DNA of 64,000 bases from Amoebophrya sp. A120 (Eukaryota; Protista; Dinoflagellata), in NCBI GenBank assembly GCA_905178155.1, contig CAJINV010000024.1:352715-416714 (forward strand). Reading direction: 5' to 3'. The position numbers were made by a program, and so were the translations under genes. Below the pieces are notes generated by a model that was given only the letters and a program-made list of their open reading frames with translations, was not told where the DNA came from and did no database searches. Each line of letters starts with the position of its first letter. Within the stretch, counting starts at the first letter, position 1. Shown here in pieces: positions 1 to 13,195 of the stretch.

Positions 1-152
1 GCAACAACAGCGGAGGCCTGCAGTGTCAAGTCCGTGACGCGACCTGCAGTGCTGATGCTATCGGTGCCAGGAGGAGGAGCACAAGCAACAGCAGCGGAGG
101 CCTGCAGTGTCAAGTCCGTGACGCGACCTGCAGTGCTGATGCTATCGGTGCC
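1..152. repeat. Two copies of an 84-bp-period tandem repeat (truncated by window start)
   Basis: gcggaggcctgcagtgtcaagtccgtgacgcgacctgcagtgctgatgctatcggtgcc occurs twice 84 bp apart. Confidence 0.8.
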
Positions 153-1459
153 ACCCGCGGGGAACGAGGAGGAGGAGCACAAGCCAACAACAATAACAAA
201 GGAAACGCCCACACCATGGAGCCGCAAAAAGTCTTCAGCCGCCGACAATCTGTACAAGCTAGTCGAATGCTGTGGGCAAAGTAGTGATGAAAGCCGAATG
301 AGGCGGACGCGTGTGGTGCGGGGAAGGCGTTTTGCTGTCGTACTTATCCGGTCAGCTCCAGCAACAGCAATAGTCTCTATTTGCCGCGCCAACCCCGATC
401 GACGAGTTTTGCAGCCCCAATCATCCCTGGTCGGCGGCTGGAGGTGGCGGAGTGCCGGATTTTTGGTTGTAGAATCCAGGCGTTAATAGCACCGAATCTG
501 ATGTCCCATCTGCCAACCGTGCTCCGCCAGCGTTGTACCCCGGCGCATGGCCAATTGATGATGATCAGAAGCGGCTTCAAAAGCTAGCTGAGACAGCGAT
601 CTAGTCAAAAGAAACGAAGTGTGCAGTCACTGCACCCCAGGATCTTCCTCCCGGCCTGGAGCTGTAGAGGTTCTTTGAAAAGTGCGCCCCAAGTTCAGCT
701 TCCGCAGGGAGGACTGCAGCGGAGTGATTGCACTGTAGAAAGCGAATTTTTGAAAGTCCTGTACCCCGAGGGCAGCAAAAAAAAAATGGGAAAAAAAAAG
801 AAAAAAATAAATGAAAAAAGACAACAAAATAAAGTATGTAGGACTGGCAAGCACTAGTTGGTGTGTCGCTCGAGATGCACACGTAGTTTGCCAAGAAATA
901 ATATCGCTGGATGATGAACGCAAATTGTTCAGGTGGGAATCTGAATCCGAATGCGCTGGCTTACCGAGCGGACACAAATCTTGTAGGTGAGAGAGTTGAG
1001 TGAGCGGCTGAGAGTGCGCTCCAACCGGAGAGAGTATTATTGTTTTGCAAAGTGAAACTCATGAGGACGAACATGATTCCATAGCACCACGAAGAAAGAA
1101 CGAGAGTTGTGACTTGTGAGTTGCCAGCTGTCTTGTCTGCACCGCTTTTCTGGTATTCTTGATACGAGCGACAAATTGCAATCTTTTTGTTTACTTCCGA
1201 CACGTGTTTTTTCTGTGATTCCAATTTATGACTCGTATCTGTAGTTTAAGCCCTAGCTTCGAGCGGAGCTCGCTCTTCGGCTGGGCGGTTGCTGTTGCGT
1301 CTGGCTAGGCGGTGGGCGATCACGATCCAAAGCTGCTGCGCGAAACTGGGGAGCGCCATCCGCCTTGCGCAGATGCAGGAGAAGGAAACGGCTCGCCCCG
1401 CCTTTTGCAGGAAGGCCGGGCAGGATCGGCCCGCCTTGTAGCAGACCGCGCGCCGCCCA

Positions 1460-3060
1460 CGAGTGGAAGCCGGCGGCCCCCGCCGGTATATCTGTTGGCC
1501 CCGTTCTTTGTGTGCGCGCAAACGCGCCCCGCCCGCTGACAGGCAGCGGCCCAGCGGGTGTGGCCGCGCGGCCCCCGCGCAGTGGCCCAGCACGGTCGCT
1601 CGCACCGTTGCGACGGCCCCAGGCATCCGGTCGCCTGCCCCGGTGCGGGGCGACGCGTGTTGGCTTCTTGGCTTCTTCATTCAGAGGAGCTGGGCCCGGG
1701 CATTCCCATGTGTCGCCGCGCGTAAGCTTTGGTTCCAGTATTCGGTCCGTTCGGGCCCACAAAGCTGTGCGCAGGGCCAAGCGCTCCGCGGCGCGCGATT
1801 GCGTCTTACTGTCATTGTTCTCGGGGCGACCGGCTGTAAATCAAGTTGGACTCGTGATGTGAGCACCCAAATACGCCTTTCGCTGTACTAAGTCCCTGTG
1901 TCGAGGGCGATTAGGGCTGACCGGTGATTTGCCGTTGTTCGGGAAAATTTGTAAAGTATTCATGCGGAAAGTAGTACTCTAACGCCAAATCGAAATAGAA
2001 GACAGTGCCTTGCCTATGAAATCTACGTTAGGGTGCATGCAAAAAGAATTCGAATATCATGCGTGGCAAAAATGGGAGCGCAAAACACTGAGAGCGAGTG
2101 TCACCGCAATGAGCGTTAGTCTTTTACATTGCAAGAAGCCGTCTGGCTCTAAAGATGCAAACGGCAATATGACACAGAGTATGGAGAAAGTGGGAGCTTA
2201 TTACCTGCTTGGGTAAAATAACTGCGGGGCGCGATTCATCTATCAGCAAAAGACTGAGTGTGAGTACCCGGGGCTAGCGGGATGATTTCTTTCACTAGGA
2301 GCAAGAAATGCGAGAGGAGACAGTCACGTATTGCACACCATGAGAGACTTGCTTGAGGTCACATGTGGGACCAACAGTTGGGAGCGACGCACAGAGATAT
2401 GACCGTTGTCAATTTCCTTTACATCACCTAATATTGATGCGATGTAAGTTGTATTGGTACAACTAGCTTCATGCGGTCCTACGTCGCACTTCGTACTGCT
2501 TGTTGTGCCGCATGGCTACTCACTGACCAGAGTAGCACCTGCCGCGGCTGGCGCGCTCCCGGACCCAGACTCCACTCGCCTGTAGCCATGGGGAGTTGTA
2601 GTTTTCTATCCGGCAGTGCCTACCGAGGACGGCACTCATCACGCACCCTGTGCCGTCCTCCTGGTGGTTAAAAGGTCATAGCCATGGCTCCGGTGCTGAA
2701 AGACAGAAGCTGCTCTCCAGCGGCAACAATAAACGGCGCGGCGATGTTTCAAACGGAAATCCCGTCTGTAGCAATGTTCCAGCACGTCAGTGGCCCCGCC
2801 TGATAGGGTTTCCGACCGCTTTTGATGGCAAGGGGCTACCAGTTCCGCCTGCGATTTTGACGGACGCGACATCGCCACGGGAAACGCATTCGCCGCGCCG
2901 CCCAAGAGTGGAACGCCGGCGGTGCCCGCCGGTATATCTGTTGGCCCCGTTCTTTGTGTGCGCGCAAACGCGCCCCACCCGCTGACCCGCAGCGGCCGAG
3001 CGGGTGCGGCCGCGCGCGCGGCCCCCGCGCAGTGGCCCAGAGCGCTCGCTCGGCCGCGCG
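1460..3060. repeat. Dispersed ~140-bp GC-rich direct repeat (copies at ~1460-1600 and ~2905-3060)
   Basis: Both copies contain ccggtatatctgttggccccgttctttgtgtgcgcgcaaacgcgcccc. Confidence 0.8.
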
Positions 3061-3606
3061 CCGACTTGGGCTAGCTTCGGCCCCCGACCAGTCCGTGCCT
3101 TTTGTTGCTATTGGGCCGGCGGCGGCGGGCCGGCGCGTCCGCCCCCGTCTTCTTGTGTTTCGCACTGACTCAGACCTCAGTGGGCCGGCTCCCGCCCACA
3201 CATGGTGGCGCGGCAGGCTGGTCAGCCGATTCAGGATATCAGCGTAGTGGCCTGGCCCGGCTGCGCGGCTGGGTTCCGAGGATGGAGTTGGTTTGTTGCA
3301 TTTTCGCACTCCGCTCCGAAGAGGACGAGAATTGATCCTGAAGTCAAATTGTTGTTGAGACAATGTCTGAGGCTTCTTGTTTTCCAACGACTCTCCTTGA
3401 CGTTTGTCTTCGAGTGGTTTCTCTTTACCACACTGCTTTAGTTCACACCGACCTGTGCAGGGGGTTGTTCGTTTCAAACAAAACATCCGATCTCCGGTTT
3501 GTAGATCCTGTTCGTCATTTGAATGCATTCAGTGGGTCGTGAGTTTTAATATAGTAGCGAAGATGGAACTGAGGATCCACCACTTAATGAAGATGATCTG
3601 ACTGTC

Positions 3607-3812
3607 TATGCAAAGAGAAAAGTGTTACAGTTACACACTGCAGAAAGCGCAAGAGAGATTACCTCTCTCATGCCGGAAAGGCATGTGAGCCTCGTTCCAT
3701 ACGTGTTTTCTTTTATGATCTTTGCATTGCAAGGTTCCTCTCTCATGCAGAGAAAATTTGTCTTGCTAAATTTCCAACAAATGTGTAACTGTAACACTTT
3801 TTTCGTTGGATA
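3607..3812. mobile_element. TAT...ATA inverted-repeat element, same family as 50376-50592
   Basis: TIR tatgcaaagagaaaagtgttacag / ctgtaacacttttttcgttggata; flanked by a 6-bp direct repeat actgtc. Confidence 0.85.
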
Positions 3813-4362
3813 ACTGTCTCCATTATCAACCTCTGTTCAGCCTCTATCTTTCGCGTAAGTACGCTCAACCAGCAGTCCTAAACAAATTTTCGTATGATAG
3901 CCTGAAGTTTTACTTGTACGGAAAGTTTATCAGCGTCGGTGGGTCGTCTCGTGGATCGACATGGTCGCAAAAGCGCATAATTTTATTCGTGAGTACCAGA
4001 ATATGTATGTAATATGTCCTTCAAGGGGAATCTGTTGGATCACATGAAGAAATGTCATTTTGCCATCGTGGGGGCCGTTTCACTTTCATCGTTTGTCGTG
4101 GGAGAATAAATAAATGAGCGCTCTTGTGTGTTGTTGGAGTTCAAGTTCTTCACCTCAACATCGACCGTTGCTCGCCATCACAAAACCTACAAATAAATTC
4201 GTTTCCTCTTATTTTTCATCAAACAGCGTTTTTTGTCTATTTCGTTGAAACGAAAACGACATTTTTGGTTTTTTGATTTATTTCATCCTTTTGCGTAAAA
4301 TTTATCTGTGATTTTGTTTTGGGCTTCCACAGGACTCAAAGAAGCATCAACTTTATCTTCAA

Positions 4363-7259
4363 ATGACAATTTTGCACTGTAGTTCTGCTTCCCCAACGTG
4401 GGAACTTGTGGCGGACAGGTTTAAGAATGCCTTTGAGTTTTTGACTCGTCAGCCCTCGCAGTTGTTTTGTCTACCCGGGGGAGCAGTCGGCAGCTCGCCA
4501 GTGTCTAGTGACGAAGATGTTGACACGCCGACCGCGGCGAGTGTCGTGTCTGGCGATGGACGAGGGAGCAACTCTGTCGTGGCAGCTGAAACGACAATTA
4601 TTTCCTCCGATGAGACGAGGATCACATGCGAAGAAGTCCACTACCGCACCTGTACGGCACAGCACGTCAATTTTATTTCAATTCTGCATGATTCTCATTC
4701 TTCTTCGCAGAAGGGCGCAGGAGAACAACAACACACCACCAGGGCTTGCGGTCCGGCGTTGGGAAGTGCTGACAGGAACAAGCACAAAAACGACCTGGAG
4801 TTTTTATCCGGCGGCGCGAAAGCCACGGGTGCAGGAGCAAGAATTGCTGCGATCTTTCACGACGACCGAAAGACGAGTGCGCTGATGATGTTGCCCCCTT
4901 GCGACGTCGGAGGACAGTTCACTACAGCCGGTTCTGACAGAACGGCTTCGACGATAGTGTCGAAAGAGTCAGTGTTGAAACAAATGGAGGTAGAGACGGG
5001 GTTTGCGGACGACATCGCGGGTACTTCTAGCAAAACCGAACAGTTCGAGATTTTGACACCGCGTCGTGGCATTGATGCGGTTCTACTTTTCGAGTCGACG
5101 ACGGTTCCTGCTCGTTCCGGAGATTCTTGCAGCTGTATCGCCACACCAATGACGCCCTGTCAGGTGGGGGACTACAGTCCGCAAGAAGTAGAAACGGACC
5201 GTTATTTGCTCCAGGAAATGACCCTGAAGTTGTGGACAAGACAATTTGCTACTCTTCGCAGACGCTCTTCGCGACTAGCCTTTTTTGGCAGAGGCGATAC
5301 AATGTCACGTTTCTGTCGTCGGCTGCGAAAAAAGTGGACGAGGAACAAGACCACAAGGTGGATCAGGAAGAGCAAAACCGCCTCAGCAGCTCCAGGTCGA
5401 GCCACCTTCCCGTGGACGAAGGGATGAAACAGGGATATGATGCCTATCATTTCTACCCCAAAAAAGAAGAACAAGAAGACCCCGCGACCCTACGTCATCT
5501 TCCGCGCAGCGAGCCTTTGCCTGGCCTCGCCATCCTCTCGGCAACCTGCTCACCGAAAGCCTTCCCGGTGGAGGAGCAAAGGACCGTGTGTGAAACAAAC
5601 GGTGGTGGTGGGAGTGCCGGCACTACTAGCCGACGAGTGCGACGCAGACGGAGGAGGAGGAGCAGGCTCATTGAGTCGTGGACCCTGGTAGAACGCGAGG
5701 TTGAAAATATCGTTGTCCAAGAACAAAACAGCACAACAGTATCAGCTGCCGAGGCCACGCCCGAAATCCACCGCACATCAGGCGTGTCTACTCAAACTCC
5801 CAAAGCGGCTGGAGCTGCTGATCGACAAGAGGGAGGGGGCCACAACGTCGTGGAACCAAAGCAAAGCGGCGACCACGATATTTGCAGCCGTCCCTCTAAA
5901 AGTAGTCCGAAGAGCAGCGAAGCGACGTCGTCCCAACAACAGCGAAGATCGAAGCGACAGCGGAAGAAAAAGCGGGATGGCATGGGCGGAAAACACAACT
6001 TTAGAGACTTGTGCAGCACCACGCCAAATAAGACGGAGCATCCGGAGCCGGAGTTTCTCGTTCCACCAAGCGCTTCTCATCTTCAGCTGGGGTTTCTGAA
6101 AGAAACCACAACTGGGCTAGTCCCGTCGCATCAAGCCGACGGCGCGTCCTTTGGAATACAAGTTGCAGCAAAACGAGGAGATGATGCGAAACCGTTAAAA
6201 AATGGATCGGAAGATGCAGATCCGTGCGTGCACCCTTCCCTCGGTCTCGGACTGGAATTTTCAGACATTGGGATAAAAGCATCGACCTGTTTCTTCGCGA
6301 AGCCTGGTCAGTCAGACTCGGTACAAGAAAAACACGGTGACAGCATTGCCGAGGTGATTTCTCGCCAGAAATGCGCAAGTGTGGAGGTGGACGAGGGCGA
6401 TTCAGATCCGGCTGTAATCGCGATGTCCAAGTCGAGGACGCATGAAACTACTACTGAGACGCAGAGTTCATCTACGCGAAACGCGTCTGAAGATACAACA
6501 ACCTGCAATTCCGCTTTGGCAGCTCCTCGTCTGCTGGAGTCGAACACAAGTGGTCCGGAGCAGCAGTCCGCGCCTGGAGATGCTACTAAAGAAGGTGAAA
6601 CGACACAGGTTAAAGAACTACATGAAACGTCGCTCAGCGCGTTCTTGGAGGAGCTGCCACCCCGAACTCGCTCCACTTCCCAGCATTTGTCGAAGAAGCC
6701 AGCGGTCACGCAGCAGAACAAATTGGCTGTGGAAATGAAACAAAAAAAGTCCGCACCGCGTTCCACGCTCGCAGCCCGTTCCGCGTTCCAAGTGAACAAC
6801 GTGAAGGAAACGACAGTGAAGAGGACCGCGAAGCCGGAGCACCGGCGGAGGGTCGGGGAGGTCCGCGCGCGAGAAACTACACACAAGAACGCTTTATCAG
6901 ATTCCGCCAAGGATCAACATGACGGCGAGGACGGTCGCAAGAGCAACACCGCGGCGGCGGTTACGAATCTGGGTGTTGGTGCTGACGGCATCATGGGCAA
7001 TGGGTGTATCAACGTGCTGCACTTTGAGCAACATTCGAAGGGACAGTCCCAACCCGCCACGCCGACCAGAATAAAGTCCGGCGCAAATAAACAAGAGTCC
7101 GTCTTGGTGGACGTGAGCTTGGATCCGGACGGCCTTGGAAAGATAAACTTCACCGCTGGGGCTAGCACGAGGACAAGCCGGCGAGCGCGACGAAGGAGGA
7201 GAGACAGGCTCTCCTTGGTCAAAGAGGTACTTAATGCACATGCTGTTGCTGGTTCATAA
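4363..7259 (+). CDS. Large low-complexity hypothetical protein, probably one gene split by a frameshift or short intron near 5210-5250
   Basis: 354-aa and 710-aa ORFs overlap in different frames; the paralog at 8161 aligns to the first frame up to PQEVET and to the second frame from SQTLFA. Confidence 0.5.
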
Positions 7260-7271
7260 TGAGTAGAAGTA

Positions 7272-7943
7272 TCTAGGATGTCTTGCCTTTCGCGCTTTTT
7301 CGGAAAAGAGCCCCAAGCTTATTTTTTGAAAAGCACTTTTTTGAGTCATGACCTAAATCTGCGCTTGTATTTCAATTTTTTTTCAATTTTTGGCAGCCCG
7401 GGGTCGCCACTTCCGAGCTCCGTCTTGGGTCATCTTGTGGGGATGAGGACTAGCTAATCCGCATGACAAACTGGCTCTTTTCCGAGAATTTCCTTTCTAG
7501 GATGTCTTGTCTTTCGCTCTTTTTTCGGAAAAGAAACCAAAGCAGATTTTTTGAAAAGCACATTTTTGAGTCACGACCTAAATCTGCGCTTTTATTTCAA
7601 TTTTTTCTTAATTTTTGGCAGCCCGGGGTCGCCACTTCTGAGCTCCGTCTTGGGTCATCTTGTGGGGATGAGGACTAGGTAATCCGCATGACAAACTGGT
7701 TCTGTTCCGAGAATTTCCTTTCTAGGATGTCCTGTCTTTCGCTTTTTTTCGGAAAAGAAACCAACGGAGATTTTTCGAAAAGCAGTTTTTTGAATCACAA
7801 CCTAAATCTGCGCTTTCGTTTCAATTTTTGTCCAATTTTTCACAGCCCGGGGTCGGCATTTCCGAGCTCTGTCTTGGTTCATCTTGTGGGGATGAAGACT
7901 AGCTAATCCGCATCACAAATTGGCTCTCCTCAGAGAATTTCCT
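7272..7943. repeat. Three tandem copies of a ~224-bp unit
   Basis: tctaggatgtc starts at 7272, 7496 and 7721; each unit ends ...aatccgcat(g/c)acaaa...gagaatttcct. Confidence 0.9.
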
Positions 7944-8160
7944 AAGTGATTGCGAATTATGTGAAGACGACAACATCGACTTTTATCTTTTTGGTCCGTC
8001 GTCTCGATCTCGACTTTTTCTACTCCGATTGAGAAGTACGACGAGTTCCGATGAACATTAAACCGAAACTGCAAATAAACAGGTCTCGTCCCCGCACAAT
8101 TCATCGCAGAAGGGCCACGCAGGAGAACAACAACAATCCCCCAAGCCTTCTGGTCCGGCG

Positions 8161-9153
8161 TTGCGAAGTGCTGACGGGAACAAGCAAAAAACCGACCTGG
8201 AGTTTGTATCCGGCGGCGTGACGGTTACGGGCTGTGCAGGAGCAAGTGCTGCGATCTTCCACGGCGACCCGTCGAAGAGTGCGCTGTTGATGTTGTCCCG
8301 TTGCGACGAGGGGCACCACTCCTCATCCGAGATAAAAACGGGCGGAGCATCTTCCAAGGAAAGTACCGCAGCCGGTTCTGAAAAGACGACAGTGTCGAAA
8401 GAGTCAGTGTTGAAACAAATGGAAGTAGAAACGGGGGTAGTTCCGGACATCTTTGGCGCTGCAAGTTGCCCGCAAGAAGTAGAGACACCGCTTTATTTCC
8501 TCCCGAGCCCCGCAGTGGACTCCCCGCAGACGGTGTTCGCGAAGACCCCCGACGAACTCTTCTGCCCCTCGCCTACGGCCAGCGCGACCGAGCTTGTTCT
8601 CCTCGGAGGCGTTTTGCACGGCTGGCCGGTGGTCATTGGTGGACCAGCGTCGCAGGATCTAGGACCAGTGAGACTGCTGGAATGCACAGAAACTACAGAG
8701 GAGTTGGTTTTGCCTAGCGCAAACCACACACAGGAAAAAAGGGCGGCGAAGCGGGTCTCTTTCGATTTGGTGCCGGAAGTGCGTGAGTTTTTCCCCAGGC
8801 CCGAGGAACATTTCACCCCGGCGGAGCGAGCTGGTGCTAAAGTGTCGCGCTCCGGCAGGAGCGAGTTGGGGGACATGGGCGTCAGCCCAGGCTGGAGCGG
8901 GTACCACCGCGGCCACGACGATTTTTGCGATCATTGGTGGACTACGCATTTTTGCGGCGATCAAAACCATTACCATCACCATTGCAGCCATCGGGACTGG
9001 CAGAAGCGCCACGCCGGTCAGAATCATTTCCAGCACCAATACAGCCACCACTATTGGCAGAAGCGGCACGCAGGTCAGCATTATTACCACCACCAGTACA
9101 GCTACAGCCATTGCGATTTTTGGCAGAAGCGCCACGCCGGTCATAATTATTAA
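8161..9153 (+). CDS. Hypothetical protein, partial paralog of the 4363 ORF, with KRVSF motif and His-rich WQKRHAG repeats (start uncertain, possibly pseudogene)
   Basis: 330-aa ORF sharing DLEF.SGG, SAL.ML..CD and SKESVLKQMEVETG with the 4363 ORF. Confidence 0.5.
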   Translation: MRSADGNKQKTDLEFVSGGVTVTGCAGASAAIFHGDPSKSALLMLSRCDEGHHSSSEIKTGGASSKESTAAGSEKTTVSKESVLKQMEVETGVVPDIFGAASCPQEVETPLYFLPSPAVDSPQTVFAKTPDELFCPSPTASATELVLLGGVLHGWPVVIGGPASQDLGPVRLLECTETTEELVLPSANHTQEKRAAKRVSFDLVPEVREFFPRPEEHFTPAERAGAKVSRSGRSELGDMGVSPGWSGYHRGHDDFCDHWWTTHFCGDQNHYHHHCSHRDWQKRHAGQNHFQHQYSHHYWQKRHAGQHYYHHQYSYSHCDFWQKRHAGHNY

Positions 9154-9619
9154 TCATACATACAACACAGATTTTTGGCGAACAAGCCAGCGCAGACAAC
9201 AATTCCTGAGTTAACATTACATTTTTTTGAAGTTTTTTGCAGTTGTTTTGAGTTTATCGTTTCATTGTTGTTCATCACGAGCAGCCCCATTCAAGTTTTC
9301 ATTCGCAAAAGGAAAGTAAACCACGAGAACTTCATCACGACAGTGACACTTACCAACGGTGAAGAGCACCGAAACTTTTTTTGTTGATACAGACACGATT
9401 TTGGCACTTTTTCTTGTTGACAGAAAGTTTTCAGTGCAGCAACGCTCACTGCGCATCTCTTTGGCACTAATCGATCGAACTGCTCACTTTCATCTTCAAA
9501 GCTACACTATTGTGATTATTCGAGACAACTACCGTGGCAGCTACTTGGTGTGCCACCCATGTTTCACAAAAATACGCTTCATCATTACCATTTGGCTTGG
9601 AAAAGCACAACTGAAAGCA

Positions 9620-12600
9620 GGGGGCACTCCAGCTGTGCCGAAAGAAGTAGCTGGGTCTGAACGTCTGATCGTGGAAGTGAAGACGTCGCGTTTCAAATGT
9701 TCATAGCGGGACGACGAGAGCCATTATCGATGAAAAATGCACGAACGCTGGATGGCAACAAAATACACGGAGTAAGCAACAAAAACACTTTCAGACAAAG
9801 GGTTCAGAGGGGATGCTGACATGCAAACGTGTTGACAAGAGAGGCCGGAGATGATGGCACCACTTTCAGTTAGTGAAGCATACCAGAAGTCGTGGTGACG
9901 AGTACGGAAGACTAGGAGTGACAACAAATCAGATATGCTCTTGCTCTTCCTGCTTAGCTGTATGCTAGTACGCGCGCATGGATTGTGACTCGGCAGTCTG
10001 CGGCTGTTTCTTCTATGGCGGTCAGTGGTCCCGGTGCGTGCTCCTGCGGTGGTCCCTTGTTGGAGGTTTCTACCGAGGATTTGGCTGCTCGCCTTCACAA
10101 CCTGCGTGGTGTGGGGGGAGGTAGAATAGCCACTATAATCCCTGCCCGGAGGAGAATGGTGGGCGGTACAGCTGGCACAGCCACTGGCACACGCACCACC
10201 GCCCGTGGGGCCGTGAAAATTGGACCGCGAGCTGGTGAGACGGAAAGTTACACGCTCCGGGCTGTGTGCTCTCAAGTAGTACTGATGCACGTTGATCAGA
10301 AAGCTTCTGCCGCTACTGCAGAAGTGAGCAACTCGCTACAGCTGCTGCCGCTGCTGCAGAGAGAGACGGCGGGGCCCCTAACTGGGGCCCGCCCTTTTCT
10401 TCTTCCGCGCCGCGCGCCGCGTTTTGGTTCGGCGGGCCGTTTCCCCGTGCTATTATCATCTGGGCGGCCGGCGCGAGGTGCGACAGAGGGCCCGAGGCTG
10501 CTTGCAGCGGCAAGCGTGTGGCGCCTACCCCGTGCTCTTGTTGGGATGGAGCCCTCGCTTGGCCGGCCAGCGCGCACTTTGATGCGGTCGGCCGTTGGGT
10601 GTTACAGCGCTGCTACCTGCGCTGCCGGGCGCTCGCTGCGCGCGATGTCGCATCACGGTCGTCAGTAGATTTCATCTACCGGCGCGGCGGCCCAGCCCGG
10701 TTGCGCAGCTGGTTCCTCAGGAGGCGCTTGCGCGTGTTGCTGTTTTCCCTTACGTTGATGTTGCATTTGACTGATCGAGAGGAAGGCGTCCTGGCAGGCG
10801 GATTTCATTCCTTGCTGCGTTCGAGAGGTTTCACTGAAAGGGAGGTTCCCCTTGAGAGGGGACTGAGACGAAGGTGGCAACACTAGTTCTACTTACTTTC
10901 AAGAGCGAACATGCCATCAGAAAGGAGTTTTGGGAGAAAGAGTGTATCCGTGCGTAGAGAGTCATGTGTTGAGAGTAGGAGTGGTGCAGTGCGAGAGTGA
11001 GTCTCTTTCTGCTTTGGCTGCACTAACACCAGATCAGGATAACAATCAGATGTGGTCTTCCTCCTGCTTAGCTGTAACTACTGCGCGCACATGTATTGTG
11101 TGTGACGCGCCAGTCATCTGAGCGCGTTGCTTCCATGGCGGTTGCCCGGTCATGCTGCCGACGAGTTAGGTTTTGTGCACGCGCGCGGGCTGTGCCGCCC
11201 CTGTGCAGTGTTTCTGCAAACACTGCCACGTCGGCGGGGGGGGGCCCGGCCAGCAGCCAACGTTGCCAGTAGGGGCCAGCAGCCCGCACGTTCGTCCTGG
11301 AACCGTAGCCGGCGGCCGGCGCGGTTGTAAAGCTGCGGCGCGTGGCGCCGCTGGCCCCGGGGGGCTTCCTTGGTTCAATTATGTCGGCCCCGGCCACCAT
11401 TGCCAATGCGGGGGGGCGGTTTGTGTGTTGCCTGCCCCCGGCAGGCGCGTCGGCATCGTGCCTCGCCCGCACCGGCCCCCGGCTGCGTGCGCCACTGCCG
11501 TTTCTTTGTGCAGCAGGCCCCCAGCCCCATGCGCCGGGGGCCCTGGTGTCTTTGAGCCCATGCACTGGCTTGTTGCGTTGTCATTTTGCTGCCGGCGCCT
11601 CTTCGGCCACTCGCTGCCGGGTTGCGCGCCTCTCGTGCCGACTGGTCGGCGTCGGGGCGCGGCGGCGACAGTGCAGTGTGCACTCCAGCTGTGCCGATTG
11701 GAAGCACGGGGCACTCCAGCGGTGCCGAAAGAAGTAGCTGGATCTGAACGTCTCATCGTGGAGGTGAAGACGTCGCGTTTCAAATGTTCATAGCGGGACG
11801 ACGAGACCCATTATCGATGAAAAATGCACGAACGCTGGGGAGCAACAGAATGAACGGAGTGTGCAACAAAAACACTTTTAGACAAAGGGTTCAGAGGGGA
11901 TGCTGACATGCAAACTACATGTTGACAAGAGAGGCCGGAGATGATGGCACCACTTTCAGTTAGTGAAGCATACCAGAAGTCGTGGTGACGAGTACGGAAG
12001 ACTAGGAGTGACAACAAATCAGATATGCTCTTGCTCCTGCTTAGCTGTATACTAGTGCGCGCGCATGGATTGTGACGCGGCAGTCTGCGGCCGTTTCTTC
12101 AATGATGGCCTGCGTTGGTTGTACATAACACCGGCGCGGAATGACATATGGGCAGCGATGCTCCTCGCCCAATTGTTGTGCGCGAGGTGGACGTCCCAGA
12201 TTCCGTGCAGGACCAGCCTTTTCTCTCGAAGCTGTTCTGCAAAAAAGAATGGCGGAGCGCCGCCGCTTTTCCTACAGAGCCCTGAAGTGGACCAGGCAGC
12301 GCGCTACCCCCCGCAGACACTGTTCAGGGGTGGCGGGGCTCCCTCGTGGTGGCGGTGCCCCGACCCGGGGCCCGCCCTTTATTTTCTCCTTCCGCGCTGT
12401 GCGCCGGGTTTTGCCTCGGCGGGCCGTTTCTCCGGCCCGTGCTATTATTTGGACGGCCGGCGCGAGGCACGACGGACGGCCCGGGGCTGCCTGCAGTGGC
12501 CGGCGCGTGTCGCTTGCCCCGTGTTATTGTTGGGATAGAGCCCTCGCTGGGCCGGCCAGCGCGCACTGTTTGTGATGCGGCCGGTCGTCAGGCGCTACAG

Positions 12601-13195
12601 CCCTGCTACATGCGCTGCCGGGCGCTCGCTGCGCGCCCGCCACGTCGCGACAGGGTCGTGAGTAGATTTCATTTACCGGCGCGGCGGCCTAGCGAGCCCG
12701 GTTGCGCAGCTGCTTCCTCAGGAGACGCTTGTGCGTATTGCTGTTTTTCCTTCCGTTGAAGATGTTGCATTTGACTTGTCGAGAGGAAGGCGTCCTGGCA
12801 GGCGGATTTCCTTGTTGCGTTCGAGAGGTTTCACTGAAGGGGGCGTTCCCCTGGAGAGGGGACTGAGACGAAGGCAGAAACACCACTTCTACTTACTTAC
12901 TTTCAAGAGCGAACATGCCATCAGAAAGGAGTTTTGGGAGAAACAGTGTATCCGTGCGTAGAGAGTCATGTTTTGAGAGTAGGAGTGGCGCAGTGCGAGA
13001 GTGAGTCTCTTTCTGCTTTGGTTGTACTAACACCAGATCAGGATAACAATCAGATATGATCTTCCTCCTGCTTAGCTGTAACTACTGCGCGCACATGTAT
13101 TGTGTGTGGCGCGCCAGTCATCTGGGCGCGTTGCTTCCATGGCGGTTGCCCGGTCGTGCTGCCGACGACTCAGGTTTTGTGCACGCGCGCGGGCT
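9620..13195. repeat. Tandem segmental duplication, period ~2.09 kb (9620-11190 vs 11707-13195)
   Basis: Near-identical blocks begin ggggcactccagc.gtgccgaaagaagtagctgg at 9620 and 11707; inner module aatcagat.tg...cctgcttagctgta recurs at ~9927, 11045, 12017 and 13048. Confidence 0.9.

Noticed and set aside
1246-3528. Numerous Arg/Ala/Pro-rich ORFs in GC-rich stretches (also at 10-13.8 kb)
   Set aside because: Open on both strands because of GC content, with no recognisable domains.
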